From assembly GCF_016433145.1 (NCBI RefSeq), contig NC_058135.1, positions 196,989,182-197,053,181 of the forward strand: 64,000 nt of DNA, written 5' to 3'. The notes below the pieces were generated by a model. The model was not told the DNA's origin. It worked only from the letters and a program-made list of their open reading frames with translations, and did not search any database. Below are positions 63,570 through 64,000 of this stretch, piece by piece. This DNA comes from Gracilinanus agilis (lineage: Eukaryota). Numbering within the stretch: position 1 is the stretch's first letter; each line of letters starts with the position of its first letter. The position numbers were made by a program, and so were the translations under genes.

Positions 63570-64000
63570 AGACAAAGAAGCTGTGGGAATACAATAATAA
63601 TTCATTTCTTCCCTCACTCATTCATTCACTCAAGATTGCTTATTAAGAACCAACTGAGCATGTTCTGGGTACTACATAATAGGATGATGCAACCTTTGGA
63701 TAAATATGTGATTCCTGCCTTCTGCTACTAGAACACACAGTCTACCAGTCAAAAAAAGCACAAAAAGAAATATTTCACATTGTATTGAGTGATGGGGGAA
63801 TTAAAGAGATGAAAAAACAAATGCTGTTGGAGGTGTGAGGAAAGTAATTGCTGAATGGCTTTTTTTGGAAAGACTTCATGAAAGACAGAGCATGTGACAT
63901 GAGGTTCAAATAATTGGTAAGAATTAAACAGCAAAGGAAGAGGAAGGAAGGTATTCTAGGCAAAAATAATAGCATAAGCAAAGGCATTAAAATGGAGACA
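63570..64000 (-). mobile_element. L2 LINE fragment
   Basis: cattcattcactcaagattgcttattaagaacc...ctgggtact followed by a purine-rich antisense L2 body (ggaaagacttcatgaaagac). Confidence 0.5.

Noticed and set aside
1-64000. Remaining 60-110 aa ORFs in the supplied track; CRISPR arrays, rRNA, tRNA genes, CpG-island promoter
   Set aside because: No recognisable protein family, most ORFs overlap repeats or low-complexity DNA, and many start at non-ATG codons. No repeat-spacer array, rRNA, standalone tRNA (only SINE heads) or CpG island was seen.

Overview
AT-rich, strongly CpG-depleted mammalian genomic DNA with no CpG island. The repeat content points to a didelphid marsupial such as Monodelphis (inference): opossum-type tRNA-derived SINE1_Mdo-like SINEs, MAR1 and MIR core-SINEs, marsupial L1, RTE, L2, L3/CR1, ERV solo LTRs and hAT DNA transposons. 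I recognise no host protein-coding gene, RNA gene or processed pseudogene. The only ORF-track peptides I recognise are decayed L1 ORF1 and ORF2, so the window looks intronic or intergenic. The most informative structure is its insertion history. (i) A solo LTR sits head-to-head inside a related solo LTR at 6.2-7.4 kb, part of a nested LTR cluster at 6.1-8.2 kb. (ii) Two LTR families recur in inverted orientation, most copies with exact 4-bp TSDs. (iii) One L1 has a twin-priming 5' inversion. (iv) A 356-bp hAT-Charlie element with TIRs and an 8-bp TSD resembles the horizontally transferred OC1/OposCharlie1 family. (v) There is a near-perfect ~29-bp-stem hairpin at 29.3-29.4 kb. Several splice-site-bounded candidate exons are reported only as weak hypotheses. 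Family names come from memory of consensus sequences, not from a database search. Boundaries without TSDs are approximate.
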